Source: a bacterium (GTDB lineage Archaea > Thermoplasmatota > E2 > JACPAO01 > JAHFTW01). Taken from it: DNA of 64,000 bases. Below are positions 7,790 to 18,139 of this stretch, piece by piece. The stretch covers positions 128,001-192,000 of the forward strand of contig JAZJZE010000001.1 in the NCBI GenBank assembly GCA_040390065.1, written 5' to 3'. The notes beneath the pieces were generated by a model. It was not told the origin of the DNA. It ran no database searches and was given only the letters and a program-made list of their open reading frames with translations. The translations under genes and the position numbers were made by a program. How positions within the stretch are numbered: position 1 is the first letter of the stretch; every line of letters starts with the position of its first letter.

Positions 7790-10700
7790 ATGCATGCACG
7801 GGGCGCAAGCTCGCAGGGGCGCATCGGGAATTTGGCCAAGTCTGCGAAGTCTCCAAGGGCGTGGTCGTCCGTTGCGTGCATTGCAATCTTCGTGCTGGGC
7901 GCCCTTGCCCCAGTCGCCACTTCGCAGTTGCCCCCGCCTCCTCAACCTCCGACCATGCCCCTGACGCCTTGCTCCGTGGGGACGGGGTACGAGCCGGACT
8001 GCATCGTGCCGTGCGAGCCGCCGGCGACGGGTTTCCAGCCCAACTGCTTGCAGCAATGCCCCACGGACCAGCCTGGACTCTTCCAGCCCGCATGCATCGG
8101 CCCCTGCCCACCCAACACCCTAGGCCCCGCCACGCCGGGCTGCGTGCCGGTTTGCCCCGCCGACGAGTACCTGGGACCCCGCGACGTAGGCAACGCCGGC
8201 CTGACGGTGCGTGGCTGCGTCTACATCGACCCCGCCATGAACGGCAAGCTCGACGCCCAGGATCCAAGCCAAGACGGTGTTGTCATCTTCGTCGACCTCA
8301 ACAACAATACCCTGCGAGACCCCGGCGAAACGTATACGACCAGCAGCCAAGGCGGCTACTTCACCATGAACGTCGGCGTCATCGCATCCACGTCGGCGAC
8401 ACTCCGCGAAGTTGTGCCGTCCGGCTTCGCCCAAACCGGCCCACGGCCAAGCACGGATGCGTGGAGTCGCTGGTTCTACTACAAACTGCAACCGTCAACG
8501 CATGAGTATGACGGCTTCAACTTCGGCAACTTCGCAGCCTGCCTGAACTACAACGTGACTCCCCCGTCGGTCAACCTGACCGCCCCGTCCTACAACGTGA
8601 CGCCTCCTTCGGTGGCCAACTGCACGCCCGTGCCGGATACGTGTCAATCGTACGGTCAGATCTTCCGCAGCTGCGACCCCTTCGCTCAACCGCCCCCATG
8701 CACGCCCGGCATCCCCGGCATCTTGCCTCACGAATGCTTGCCCGTGCCCCACCCAATCTCCCCTGGGAATTCGACGGGTTCAAGCGGCGACCAGAACAAC
8801 ACCTGCCTGCCAGCCACGTCGGGCACACTCGATAGTGGAGCGGACCTGGATTCCTGCGGCCCCGTGCCAGGCTATGATTGGCCCAACACGCCCTTCATGG
8901 GCGGCGGCACCCCGGCTCTCTGTGCTTGCGGCGAATCCGGCGGAGGCGGCCAAGGCGCCGCCGGCACCGTGAACCTCTACACGGGCGAAATGAAGCTGCA
9001 AGTCACGCCCGCAGTCCTTCCCGTCAGTCGCGGCTTCGAATTCGCCTTCAACATGACGTACCGCAGCAGAAGCCCCAACGCAACCGCAGGAGACAACATG
9101 TTTGGCCCGCGGTGGGACTACTCGTACGGCGCCTACATCCACGACGCGGGCGGCCCCCTCGTGCTGCACCCCGGCAACGGGCAAGCCATCCCCTACACGT
9201 CTATCACCGCGACCGTGTGGGTGCCGCCGCCGGGCTTCTACAACCAAATCACCGTCCACAACTCGACCGCGTACGATGTGCTCGAACAGCACGGCATGGT
9301 TCGCACCTTCACGAAGGCCAGCACCCTGTATCCCTACGATGGTTCGGCGCAGGACTACAAGCTCACTGGAATCACGGATCCAAACGGCAACCATCAACGC
9401 GTCTGGCCAAGCCACGCCGTCATGGACACCCAAGGCCGCCTCATCTTCTTCGGGGAACTCGACGCGACGACCATGGGGTGGCACCGCGGCTCGTCCGAGA
9501 CGGACCCTTACTACATGCCGCCCGAATTGCCCGGCTGGGGCATCGCGGAAATCGAAGGCATCAAGCTCCTCAACTCCGACGCAATCCATTGGACGTCCGC
9601 CTTCAATTGGGCGACTGGGTACTGGGACATCAAGAACACCGCAGGCGACCTGGTCAGCTACCCAGGCTGCACGGTGGCCTGCATGAACTACACGGACAAC
9701 GCCGGAGTCTGCGATGACCACTGCGGCGCGGACGGCTACAGCATCCAGTACCGCGAACTTGCCCACTTCAACGACATGCCAGCCGACGGCAACCCATGCC
9801 TCGGCGGCGTCGCTGGATTCGGGGGCGCAGGCGGCGGCTGGGGCTACGACGTAAGCCGCGACGGATCACCGTGCCGCATGACGAACTTCAACGACCCCAT
9901 GGGAACATCCCTCGAGACCAACAGCTACGATGGACGCGACCGCGTCGTCTCCCAGGACGGGATCCACAAGTACGGTTTCCAATACGATGACACCGCGTGC
10001 CATACGACGTACTGGAACGAGGGCCACAACCGCCTCGACTACTACTGCCTCGACCACCAGCGACCCTTGACGGTGAAGATGGTGGAGTACACGAATCGCC
10101 ACGCCAACCCAGACGATCCACCCTCCTATTCGACGTATTACACGTACAACCAGAACGGCGAAGTCACGGCCATCCATTGGCCCCGCGGCAACCTGGACGA
10201 ATACGTGTACGACGACTCCAACAGCGACGTTCGTGCGCAGGGAAACGTCATCTGCCACATCCAGGACCCCGGATCCTTCCTCGTCGGTCTGGACGGGGAG
10301 CCGCAGTTGCCAATCATTACTAAGTACACGTACAACGCCACGTTCCAACGCGTCGCGAGCGTCGTGGATGCGCGCGAGTCGTATCCCGGCTTCATGCCAC
10401 CCCAGGGCCAGGTCACGCCGGGCCGGTTCACGTCCACGTATGATTATGATGAGCATGGCAACCTGATCCATGCGGCGTACCCGGAGAGCCGAAGCGAGTC
10501 CTGGACGTACAACACGTATGGCCAAGTGCGAAACCACACGGATGTTCTTGGCACGACGGAGAACTTCACCTACTTCGCCTCCAATGGGAAGTTCACGGAT
10601 GCCGGCGACGCGGAAGGCTATCTCGCTCAACACGTCCAAGACATCACGGGCTTCCGCCTTGTTACCACCTACACTAGGGACCGGGATGGAAACCCGACGA

Positions 10701-13700
10701 GTGTGACGGATCCGCGCGGCAACACGATCACCCTCGAATTCGCTCCCGGGTGCATCTTGAAGAAAGCCAAGGCGCCCAATCCCCTTGACTACACGGCCCA
10801 GATTGACCATAACGCCGCCCGCGACGTCGTGGAGACGAAGCAGCAAGGGGACAAGCATGGCGTCGACCACGTCGAGAAGCACCTCTACGACGCTGCCGGC
10901 GACGAGGTCGTCACGGAGAAGGATGCCACGCGTCCCGATGGCCCCGGTGCAACCAGCCAGGACACGCATCCCATCACGTTCCACTGCTACGACCAGAGCG
11001 GCAACGTCCTCTTGGAACGCCGCCCCGAGTCCGCCAACGGGCACCAGTACTGGGACCTCACCGCGACCATCTATGACGAACGCAACCGCGCCGTGTGGAC
11101 GACGCGCGGCGACATTCCCGCCAATTGGTGGGCGCAAGGCATGCGCCTTGCCCCCGGTTGCGGGGCGCCCTTCGTGCCCGCCCCCGGGACGGTCGGGGAT
11201 CTTGGCGCTTCCTGCGTTGATTCGAGTGGTGGCCACTATTCCGGGTACGGCCTGAACGCCGCCGGCCAGCCGCCCGATTCGTCGCCCGAGATGCGTGGCA
11301 CTACGTCGACGGACGCCAAGCCGACGCCGATTCTCCCCACGGGTTGCCCCGCAGTCAGCGAGGAGAACATCCAGGCCGGCCTCTACGTCCTGGCGCATGG
11401 CTCCGTCCAGTCGACGATCGTGCATGGCTACGATGCCAACGGCAACCTAGCGTGGGAGCGCGACGGCATGGGCAACTACACGCGGTACCTCTACGATGGC
11501 TACGACCGCCTCATCGCCACGGTGGACGCATTGGGGGGACACTCGGAGAAGAAGTATGATCCCGTCTCAAACGTTATCGAGGAACGCTTCTGCGGGGAAC
11601 TCGAATACAATGCCGCGCTAGCGCCCCTGGACGGAGTCCCCGTCTGGGGCCCCCTGACGTCGACGGTGACGTGCCTCCGGACGGCGCAGACGCAACTCTA
11701 CACGCGCACCACTTCCAATCATGATGATGCGAATCGCGTCTACGAGACCAACGTCCTGTTCCAGGACTTGGCAACGGGCCTGCCTCTAACGGATGGGCCG
11801 CTTGCACCGAATGACGGGTACGTGACGACGCGCACGGAATTCGATGCCGCGGGCCACGTCACGAAGACCACCAACGACAACAACCACGCCTCCACCACGA
11901 AGTATGACGCCCTGGGCAGGACCAATCAGACCGTCGATGCCGCGGGCAACAAGGTGAACACGACGTACGACAAGGGCAGCAACCCCGTCAAGACGACACA
12001 GACCTGGGTCTGCCCATTGTCGGCGTCGATCTGCACCGGCATCGATTCGCGAATCAGTTCCTACGATGAATTGAATCGTCAGAACTCGACGACCGACAAC
12101 GTCGGCGCGAAGACGAACAGCACCCTCAACGCCGCCGGCCAAGCCGTCAACACCACTTCGCCTCTTGGACACTACGTCAAGCACTTCGTCGACGCCCTCG
12201 GGCGCACCATCATGGACCAATACGATTCGTCCTGGTATGACGTGCACGACGCCTACGTCACCCTCACGTTCAGCACGAGCGTGACTTACACGTCGCAACT
12301 CGTCAACCTGGGGGAGTACAACGTGACGCGCCTGACGTTCTCGAATGGGACCGTGATGCGGTTCAAGGAGGTGCCATCCATCAGCACGTCCGGCGGCCTA
12401 GCGACGATTAGCGGCGAGAAGCTGCTGCCCCACAAGACGTTGCACAAGGAGCTTCTGAACGTCACGTATGACTACGATGCCGATGGGCGCCTCGTTGGAA
12501 TGATTGATGGCCTGCACCAGCGCACGGATTACTTGTACGACGCCCTCGGCCGCAAGACGAGGGAAACCGCGCCGGATGGGACGCATCAGGACTTCGTGTA
12601 CGACGCCAACGACCGCGTCACCACGTTCTCGGACCCGAACGGCAACGTCGTCGAATCGACGTATGACGCACTCGGACGCACCCTCACCATCCACCTTGCG
12701 ACGGCGGGAACGGGCGTCGTTGGCTCGACGGATCAAGCCTTCACGTACGATCCCATGGGCCACCAGATCACGGCGACGGATTCCAACGCGGCGGATCCGA
12801 CACAGACGCACATCGTCGCCACGACGTACGACTCGCTCGGCAACGTCCTCACCGAGACGGAGGACGGCGCCACGGCGACGAGCACCCACGACGGTCTCGG
12901 CCACCGCACCAGCCTGACGTATCCCAGCGGCTGGAAGGCATCGTACGCCTTTGATGCCTTGGAACGTATGGCAAGCATCTCGACGAGTGATGCCCCGACG
13001 GCGAGCACCCTCGTGATGCAGTACAAGTACGAGGGCAAGAACCGCGTCTCCTCGCGGACCTTCGGCACCGGCGCCATGGTTGAGTCCTTCGACTACGATG
13101 CCGCCGGCCGGCTTGCGTCGCTTGCCTACTCCGCGGCGGGCGTCGGGTTCTTTTACGCGTACGACGCAGATGGCCGCCTCACGAGCAAGCAGAAGACGCA
13201 CCAAGGGACGGACTCGGAGTCCTACAACGTCGACGCCCTGGGTCGCCTCCGCTCCTTCAACCGCGGCGACCTCCCCGTCGCGGACACGATGAACCAGAAG
13301 TGGGACTTGGATCGCGCCAACAATTGGGCCAGCAACGCCAAGACCACGGCGAGTGCCGGCTACAAGGTCGCAGCCAGGACGCATTCGACCACGAATGAGA
13401 TCGTCAACGAGACCATCGGCGGCATCAGCAAGACCCTCACGTATGACGCGAATGGCAACCTGCTCAGCGACGGCTCAAGGGAGTTCAAGTGGGACTTCAA
13501 GAACCGCCTCCGCGAAGTCAAGAACGTCGCCGTCTCGCCGAGCATCGTCGTGGGCAAGTATGAGTACGACGCCGGAAACAGGCGCGTCAAGGCGGAGAAC
13601 CCCCACACGGGTGTCACCGTCACGTTCTTCAGCGACGGCATGAATGAAGTCCAGGAGACATCCACGTTGCCCGGCGAGCTCGTCAAGCAGTACCTCTACG

Positions 13701-14761
13701 GCAGCGGCGTTGACGAACTCGTCCTCCAGGACAACGTCCAAACGGACGCCACGACGGGCGCCGTGACGTTGAGCAATCAGGCGTACTTCGTGCAAGACGA
13801 GCAGATGAGCGTCTACGGCGTCACCGACGACGCCGGCGTCCTCCTTGAGGGGTACGAGTATGATCCGTACGGACACGCAACCGTCTACACGCCCGCAACG
13901 GGTTCGAGCGTCGTCACCTTCACCGCAGCGGATTCAATCATGACTTCAGGATTCGCGAAGTCCGCGTACCAATACACGGGACGACGATACGACTCGGCGT
14001 CGGGCCTGCTGTACTACCGCAGCCGATACATGGATTCGGACTTGGGGAGATTCATTTCGAAAGACACGATTGGAGTGTGGGGCGACAAGACTGGCCGAGG
14101 TAACTCCTACGGTTACGTTTCAGACACGCCTGGAGGTCATGTCGATCCCGGCGGTACACAGCGACTTCCGTTCGGGATGGGCTACGGCAGTCCCGGCTCG
14201 CGCATGCAGGAGCAACGCGATTGGTGGGAGGCCGAGAGGATGGAGCAAGCCGTCCACTCTTCGCCCCACGGGGGACATTCATCTGGCGTCTGCGGAAGCC
14301 CCAACACCTATTATAGCTACGTTAGCCGCATGAGGGAAAACTCGAATCCGGATTGCAAAATTCTAATCGATGAGAGTTACAACATTTCTGAGCGTGATTT
14401 GGTGGAGGCATCGGCCCTGTACCAGGAATTTGGCACGCGCTTCAAGGGGGCTGTCATGGCCTCCATCATGAAGGGCGGGGATTCGGGGGCAACGTTCTAC
14501 TTCGGGGATGGCTGGGGTCCGTTGCGCGCGGAATTCACCACATCTTACCTCGGCTTTTTTGCGAAGGACATTTCGTCGGCCGACCAAGCCGCCTTTGTCT
14601 ACGGCCTCCCAAGTCGCCCCCTGGTATCGATGCCAATCACCCTTCCTTGCAACGATAGGGTTTTCATTTGGGGATTGGCCGCATCTGGAAACGGCGACTC
14701 GTGGATTTTTGCCGCTCGCGGATCGGACATTTCTGTCGGTGCGCCGAGGTGGGTGGATTGA
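7790..14761 (+). CDS. RHS/YD-repeat polymorphic toxin (2323 aa) with signal peptide, SdrD-B-like domain and unknown C-terminal tip
   Basis: VNLYTGE and FGPRW (DUF6531-like), many YD repeats, RHS core YTGRRYD..GLLYYRSRY..LGRFISKD, and a PGGHVDPGG cleavage motif at about 14128-14155. Confidence 0.92.
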   Translation: MHARGASSQGRIGNLAKSAKSPRAWSSVACIAIFVLGALAPVATSQLPPPPQPPTMPLTPCSVGTGYEPDCIVPCEPPATGFQPNCLQQCPTDQPGLFQPACIGPCPPNTLGPATPGCVPVCPADEYLGPRDVGNAGLTVRGCVYIDPAMNGKLDAQDPSQDGVVIFVDLNNNTLRDPGETYTTSSQGGYFTMNVGVIASTSATLREVVPSGFAQTGPRPSTDAWSRWFYYKLQPSTHEYDGFNFGNFAACLNYNVTPPSVNLTAPSYNVTPPSVANCTPVPDTCQSYGQIFRSCDPFAQPPPCTPGIPGILPHECLPVPHPISPGNSTGSSGDQNNTCLPATSGTLDSGADLDSCGPVPGYDWPNTPFMGGGTPALCACGESGGGGQGAAGTVNLYTGEMKLQVTPAVLPVSRGFEFAFNMTYRSRSPNATAGDNMFGPRWDYSYGAYIHDAGGPLVLHPGNGQAIPYTSITATVWVPPPGFYNQITVHNSTAYDVLEQHGMVRTFTKASTLYPYDGSAQDYKLTGITDPNGNHQRVWPSHAVMDTQGRLIFFGELDATTMGWHRGSSETDPYYMPPELPGWGIAEIEGIKLLNSDAIHWTSAFNWATGYWDIKNTAGDLVSYPGCTVACMNYTDNAGVCDDHCGADGYSIQYRELAHFNDMPADGNPCLGGVAGFGGAGGGWGYDVSRDGSPCRMTNFNDPMGTSLETNSYDGRDRVVSQDGIHKYGFQYDDTACHTTYWNEGHNRLDYYCLDHQRPLTVKMVEYTNRHANPDDPPSYSTYYTYNQNGEVTAIHWPRGNLDEYVYDDSNSDVRAQGNVICHIQDPGSFLVGLDGEPQLPIITKYTYNATFQRVASVVDARESYPGFMPPQGQVTPGRFTSTYDYDEHGNLIHAAYPESRSESWTYNTYGQVRNHTDVLGTTENFTYFASNGKFTDAGDAEGYLAQHVQDITGFRLVTTYTRDRDGNPTSVTDPRGNTITLEFAPGCILKKAKAPNPLDYTAQIDHNAARDVVETKQQGDKHGVDHVEKHLYDAAGDEVVTEKDATRPDGPGATSQDTHPITFHCYDQSGNVLLERRPESANGHQYWDLTATIYDERNRAVWTTRGDIPANWWAQGMRLAPGCGAPFVPAPGTVGDLGASCVDSSGGHYSGYGLNAAGQPPDSSPEMRGTTSTDAKPTPILPTGCPAVSEENIQAGLYVLAHGSVQSTIVHGYDANGNLAWERDGMGNYTRYLYDGYDRLIATVDALGGHSEKKYDPVSNVIEERFCGELEYNAALAPLDGVPVWGPLTSTVTCLRTAQTQLYTRTTSNHDDANRVYETNVLFQDLATGLPLTDGPLAPNDGYVTTRTEFDAAGHVTKTTNDNNHASTTKYDALGRTNQTVDAAGNKVNTTYDKGSNPVKTTQTWVCPLSASICTGIDSRISSYDELNRQNSTTDNVGAKTNSTLNAAGQAVNTTSPLGHYVKHFVDALGRTIMDQYDSSWYDVHDAYVTLTFSTSVTYTSQLVNLGEYNVTRLTFSNGTVMRFKEVPSISTSGGLATISGEKLLPHKTLHKELLNVTYDYDADGRLVGMIDGLHQRTDYLYDALGRKTRETAPDGTHQDFVYDANDRVTTFSDPNGNVVESTYDALGRTLTIHLATAGTGVVGSTDQAFTYDPMGHQITATDSNAADPTQTHIVATTYDSLGNVLTETEDGATATSTHDGLGHRTSLTYPSGWKASYAFDALERMASISTSDAPTASTLVMQYKYEGKNRVSSRTFGTGAMVESFDYDAAGRLASLAYSAAGVGFFYAYDADGRLTSKQKTHQGTDSESYNVDALGRLRSFNRGDLPVADTMNQKWDLDRANNWASNAKTTASAGYKVAARTHSTTNEIVNETIGGISKTLTYDANGNLLSDGSREFKWDFKNRLREVKNVAVSPSIVVGKYEYDAGNRRVKAENPHTGVTVTFFSDGMNEVQETSTLPGELVKQYLYGSGVDELVLQDNVQTDATTGAVTLSNQAYFVQDEQMSVYGVTDDAGVLLEGYEYDPYGHATVYTPATGSSVVTFTAADSIMTSGFAKSAYQYTGRRYDSASGLLYYRSRYMDSDLGRFISKDTIGVWGDKTGRGNSYGYVSDTPGGHVDPGGTQRLPFGMGYGSPGSRMQEQRDWWEAERMEQAVHSSPHGGHSSGVCGSPNTYYSYVSRMRENSNPDCKILIDESYNISERDLVEASALYQEFGTRFKGAVMASIMKGGDSGATFYFGDGWGPLRAEFTTSYLGFFAKDISSADQAAFVYGLPSRPLVSMPITLPCNDRVFIWGLAASGNGDSWIFAARGSDISVGAPRWVD

Positions 14762-15663
14762 GTCGTAGCTTCTGCTTCATTCTGTTCGTGGTTTCAGCCA
14801 TGTCGTTAGGCGGGTGCGGGGGCCCTCAGCAACCGTCCGGCAATCTCCCCTTTGGCGCTGAAGGGTGTTGGCATCAGCCGGGCAGTTTCTCACAAGCGCT
14901 GGCCGGCTTAGACCATCATTCAGGTAGTGTGGGTGGGGTGCAGGTAGTTCCTCTTGGTCAACGTGAGCTGGGACTGCCTTTCACCAACGTCACGGTTGAC
15001 GCATTCTTCAATGGCCGCTACTGGCTCATGGCAGTCGCCTATGAGTATTCCGATGTGGAATTCAGGCTTACCCCGGCCAATGGAACGCTGGTCGGCCTCT
15101 GGGTCACAATTTCTTCACCCGCAGAGCAAACTGCTCGCGTAACGGTGACGCCAGCCCTCCGCAATGGTGCCCGGGATTTCCTCCATGCCGTAGCTGACCT
15201 TGACGAACGCCAGGCTGCGGCCGTGGTCGACCAATGGATGAATCAAACCGAGCCACGCGATTACCTCTACTGGGAGGGTTCCCTCGACCTCCGACTGCCC
15301 CAGCTATTCGGTTCCCTGAACGTCGACATGACGGGGAATAACCCCCCCCAGGTGGAGTCGCCTTGGGACTTCCGTTTCCGGGCGGGGTACGTTGCTGGAA
15401 TCGCGAGGGTGGGCCCAGATTTCACACCAGTTGGTTTTGCCGTGTTGTCGACAGATCGCGTCTACCTCCACTTCGAGGAATCGCCGGGTAGCATGAACGA
15501 AGCGGACTTCCGCCTCGCGGCTCGCGAGCTTCTGTCGGCCATGAAAATGTCTGAGCCCACGTTTGATGGTCTCAAGTATTCGAGTGCCACGGGGAGCGAG
15601 ACGCCTTGCCGTGGTGAGACCATGCCGCAATACAACCCCGCTCTACCCAAGAATCGACCATAG
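14758..15663 (+). CDS. Putative cognate immunity protein (lipoprotein-like)
   Basis: TTG start overlaps the RHS stop (TTGA); hydrophobic N-terminus with SLGGC lipobox. Confidence 0.6.
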   Translation: MSRSFCFILFVVSAMSLGGCGGPQQPSGNLPFGAEGCWHQPGSFSQALAGLDHHSGSVGGVQVVPLGQRELGLPFTNVTVDAFFNGRYWLMAVAYEYSDVEFRLTPANGTLVGLWVTISSPAEQTARVTVTPALRNGARDFLHAVADLDERQAAAVVDQWMNQTEPRDYLYWEGSLDLRLPQLFGSLNVDMTGNNPPQVESPWDFRFRAGYVAGIARVGPDFTPVGFAVLSTDRVYLHFEESPGSMNEADFRLAARELLSAMKMSEPTFDGLKYSSATGSETPCRGETMPQYNPALPKNRP

Positions 15664-15741
15664 CAGGCGGCGCCCAATCCACGTGTTGCGCTCATGCCGC
15701 CAACGGCAACGTCCTTTCGGATGAAACGTGGTACGCGCCCC

Positions 15742-15900
15742 TCATGTTTGCTCATATTCAGGGGGTTTTGACGTTGCCCTTTTGGTCACTTCCTCGTAAA
15801 ACTCGCGGGGAGTCCGCCAGCCCCATCGTTGCCTCTCTTTGACGAGGTTGTATTCAAGCCGGGCGGTTTCGACGATTTCTCGCGGGCAATCGTTCCATCC
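15742..15900 (-). pseudogene. IS3/IS481-type transposase C-terminal remnant
   Basis: RLEYNLVKERQRWGWRTPREFYE resembles a degraded integrase-core YN..RPH..LG..TP.E motif. Confidence 0.45.
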
Positions 15901-16193
15901 GTTCAAGATCGTGGGATTTGGCCGGATCCTTTCCCTCGCGGTGATTCCCTTCGTGCGGCGATCCCGCCAGGGCAGCTGAAGCCTAGGCCGTCCCCTTTGC
16001 GTGGCGCGTTGGTCCTGCGGGAGCTCGGCCACGCGTGGAGTCGTCTTTTTCTCGTTCAGGCCAGCGCCTGTCCGACGCCCTCTATGATTCCCTTGGTATC
16101 GGGAGAAATCATGCCCAATGCGGTTTGCAATCCCTGCCCGTCTGATTCGGCCCCGTCGCCTGCCTTCCGTCTCCTTTCTTCGAGAGGGGGTGA

Positions 16194-16550
16194 TTGATGA
16201 GTGATTTGATGCGGCCGGCGATGCCGACGGTGGTGTTTCTAGTGCTCCCGGGCGTCGTCTGGGCGTACGTTGCGACGACGACTGCCAATACGAATGTCCC
16301 GGAGGCGCAGAAGGGAATCATCACGTTCGTGGGGATCCTGTTCACGCTTGGCGGGTCGTGGGTGATCTGGAAGATGTTCGAGCGTGCGGGGGAACTCCCA
16401 TGCGTCTTGAACACGGTGGCCAGTGGCAGTCGCGCGGAGGAATCTGCGCCGTTCGTCGCGATAAACCACTCAGGATATCGTGATGGCGGGTGCCCCCGTG
16501 GCGTCAGTCGAGCGGGTCTGGGCTCTGCTTCAGTTCATAACGAGGATTGA
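16194..16550 (+). CDS. Possible small two-TM membrane protein
   Basis: Two hydrophobic segments and a GAGGGGG RBS-like sequence upstream; tail overlaps the convergent gene. Confidence 0.3.
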   Translation: MMSDLMRPAMPTVVFLVLPGVVWAYVATTTANTNVPEAQKGIITFVGILFTLGGSWVIWKMFERAGELPCVLNTVASGSRAEESAPFVAINHSGYRDGGCPRGVSRAGLGSASVHNED

Positions 16551-17412
16551 GCGGGGAACCTGGAAGCGCAAGTATGGCGTCTCGGCTGCGAAGGCGATCC
16601 AACTGAATCTCCACGATGTCATCCAACAACGCGGGGCTAAGGCGGTGTCCGAACAGGCGAGTCAACCTCCGGCCAAAACCGTACCCGGCGCGGCGCCCCC
16701 TGTAAAAGTCGTCGTGAATTCGCTCCATTAGTTCGCGTCGCGTGAATGTTCGGGCGTCCGCGTCCAGAAGTCGAAAGAGCCCGGCCTCCGACATCATGAA
16801 TTCTGCCCAAGCGGCCTGCCGCTTCTCAAAATGGCGGACCAAGAGAAAGATGACGGCGCAGACGAAGAAAACCGCCGCCGTCGCAGCAGCGACAAGAGGG
16901 GAATTCAAGGGAATCCACCGACCAAACACACTGTCCTTCAGTTGGCCGCTGAACGTCCACAACGCCCCAATCGCAACGGCGATTCCGCCCGAGGTCATCT
17001 TTGGTGGAGCCGCGGCGCGTCTAAACGTCCCCCGCGCGTTGTCAAGAAACTCGCGGCGGCGGACCGATTCGGCTGCCGGCGATGAGGCCTGACTTCGCAG
17101 GGCCACTTCCATCAGGCTGCGCACTTGGTCAAACGGTACCAAGGCCCTGCTCTCAGGAACTCCCGTTCCGGCATCGGCCCTTTTTTCCAGCGCCGCCAAT
17201 GCGCTCTTGACCTGGAGAAATTCCTCTTTGTCAAATTCATCGGCGAACCGGCCGTTCTGGCCGGCGTGGTCGGGATGGAGTTCGGCCAGACGGAGGCGAA
17301 GCTCCCGCTTGACCCCCTCTTCGTCGCTAGCCGATGCTTTCAGCCGCAACCTCTGCACAATTTCTTGCACTTCATCGGGTTGCACAAGTTCGTCCAACCC
17401 AGCCTCGAACAT
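16504..17412 (-). CDS. J-domain-like (HPD) protein with two TM helices
   Basis: VKRELRLRLAELHPDH...EEFLQVKSAL is J-domain-like; two hydrophobic helices follow. Confidence 0.6.
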   Translation of the reverse strand: MFEAGLDELVQPDEVQEIVQRLRLKASASDEEGVKRELRLRLAELHPDHAGQNGRFADEFDKEEFLQVKSALAALEKRADAGTGVPESRALVPFDQVRSLMEVALRSQASSPAAESVRRREFLDNARGTFRRAAAPPKMTSGGIAVAIGALWTFSGQLKDSVFGRWIPLNSPLVAAATAAVFFVCAVIFLLVRHFEKRQAAWAEFMMSEAGLFRLLDADARTFTRRELMERIHDDFYRGRRAGYGFGRRLTRLFGHRLSPALLDDIVEIQLDRLRSRDAILALPGSPLNPRYELKQSPDPLD

Positions 17413-17560
17413 GAATCCTTCTTCAGACCTGCAGAGGGTGCCGGCCCCCAATCGGGGGGCCTGTCATGGCGGACTACCCATCGGAAATCCACCGCTATAT
17501 CCCTTCCGAGGATATCGCGCGCCCATAGCGTTCTTTCGCGTTCGCTTGGGCGCCCGCTAA

Positions 17561-18139
17561 TTAGTACAGGATTTCTGACCACTTTCCAAGGGCCGCCGTT
17601 CCCCACGCAAATCCGAGGAAGAATAGGCCCACCAGCAAGACTAGTTGGAGGCCAGAAACCAGTGTCTGGCCATGCACCGCCTGGACGAATCGGCCCAGCG
17701 GAGTGTCGTCCCCGCGGCCGACGAAGGCGACGGCTCTCCTCAGTTGGCGGTTGGATTCGGCAAGGGCCGCGGAAGCAAGCCAGCACGCCGCCCACAAACT
17801 CGTGTTGGAAATGGCCACTAGGTGCGCCACGGGAAACCCGCGGGCGGGCAACGAGTGTTCCAATAACCAGCCGTAGAACGTGAGAACGGCAATATGGAGA
17901 GCCAGGATGGCAGCCGGCCACCTAAGCAGGGCTGCGTCCCGGAGCTTCCTTAGCTCGAGAATCTGATTGGCCATGCATTCCAGCTGATCTTTGGAAATGG
18001 CTTCGCCCAGGTCGCGTCTAGGTAACGTGCGAAAAATCCAAGCCAAACCGAAAGACACTGCAAAACCGAGAAACGCTGCCATCGCGGCGTCGCCGGCGTT
18101 TGGGGCGATCGCATTCGCGGCAACTGGGTGAAGTTTCAA
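17561..18139 (-). CDS. Hypothetical multi-pass membrane protein (start uncertain)
   Basis: Four hydrophobic segments. Confidence 0.5.
   Translation of the reverse strand: MKLHPVAANAIAPNAGDAAMAAFLGFAVSFGLAWIFRTLPRRDLGEAISKDQLECMANQILELRKLRDAALLRWPAAILALHIAVLTFYGWLLEHSLPARGFPVAHLVAISNTSLWAACWLASAALAESNRQLRRAVAFVGRGDDTPLGRFVQAVHGQTLVSGLQLVLLVGLFFLGFAWGTAALGKWSEILY

Noticed and set aside
8548-8620. Internal duplication YNVTPPSV x2 in the RHS leader
   Set aside because: Short in-frame linker duplication with no evident separate function.
8780-13876. Several long minus-strand ORFs (for example 9866..11425)
   Set aside because: Antisense shadows of the RHS gene.
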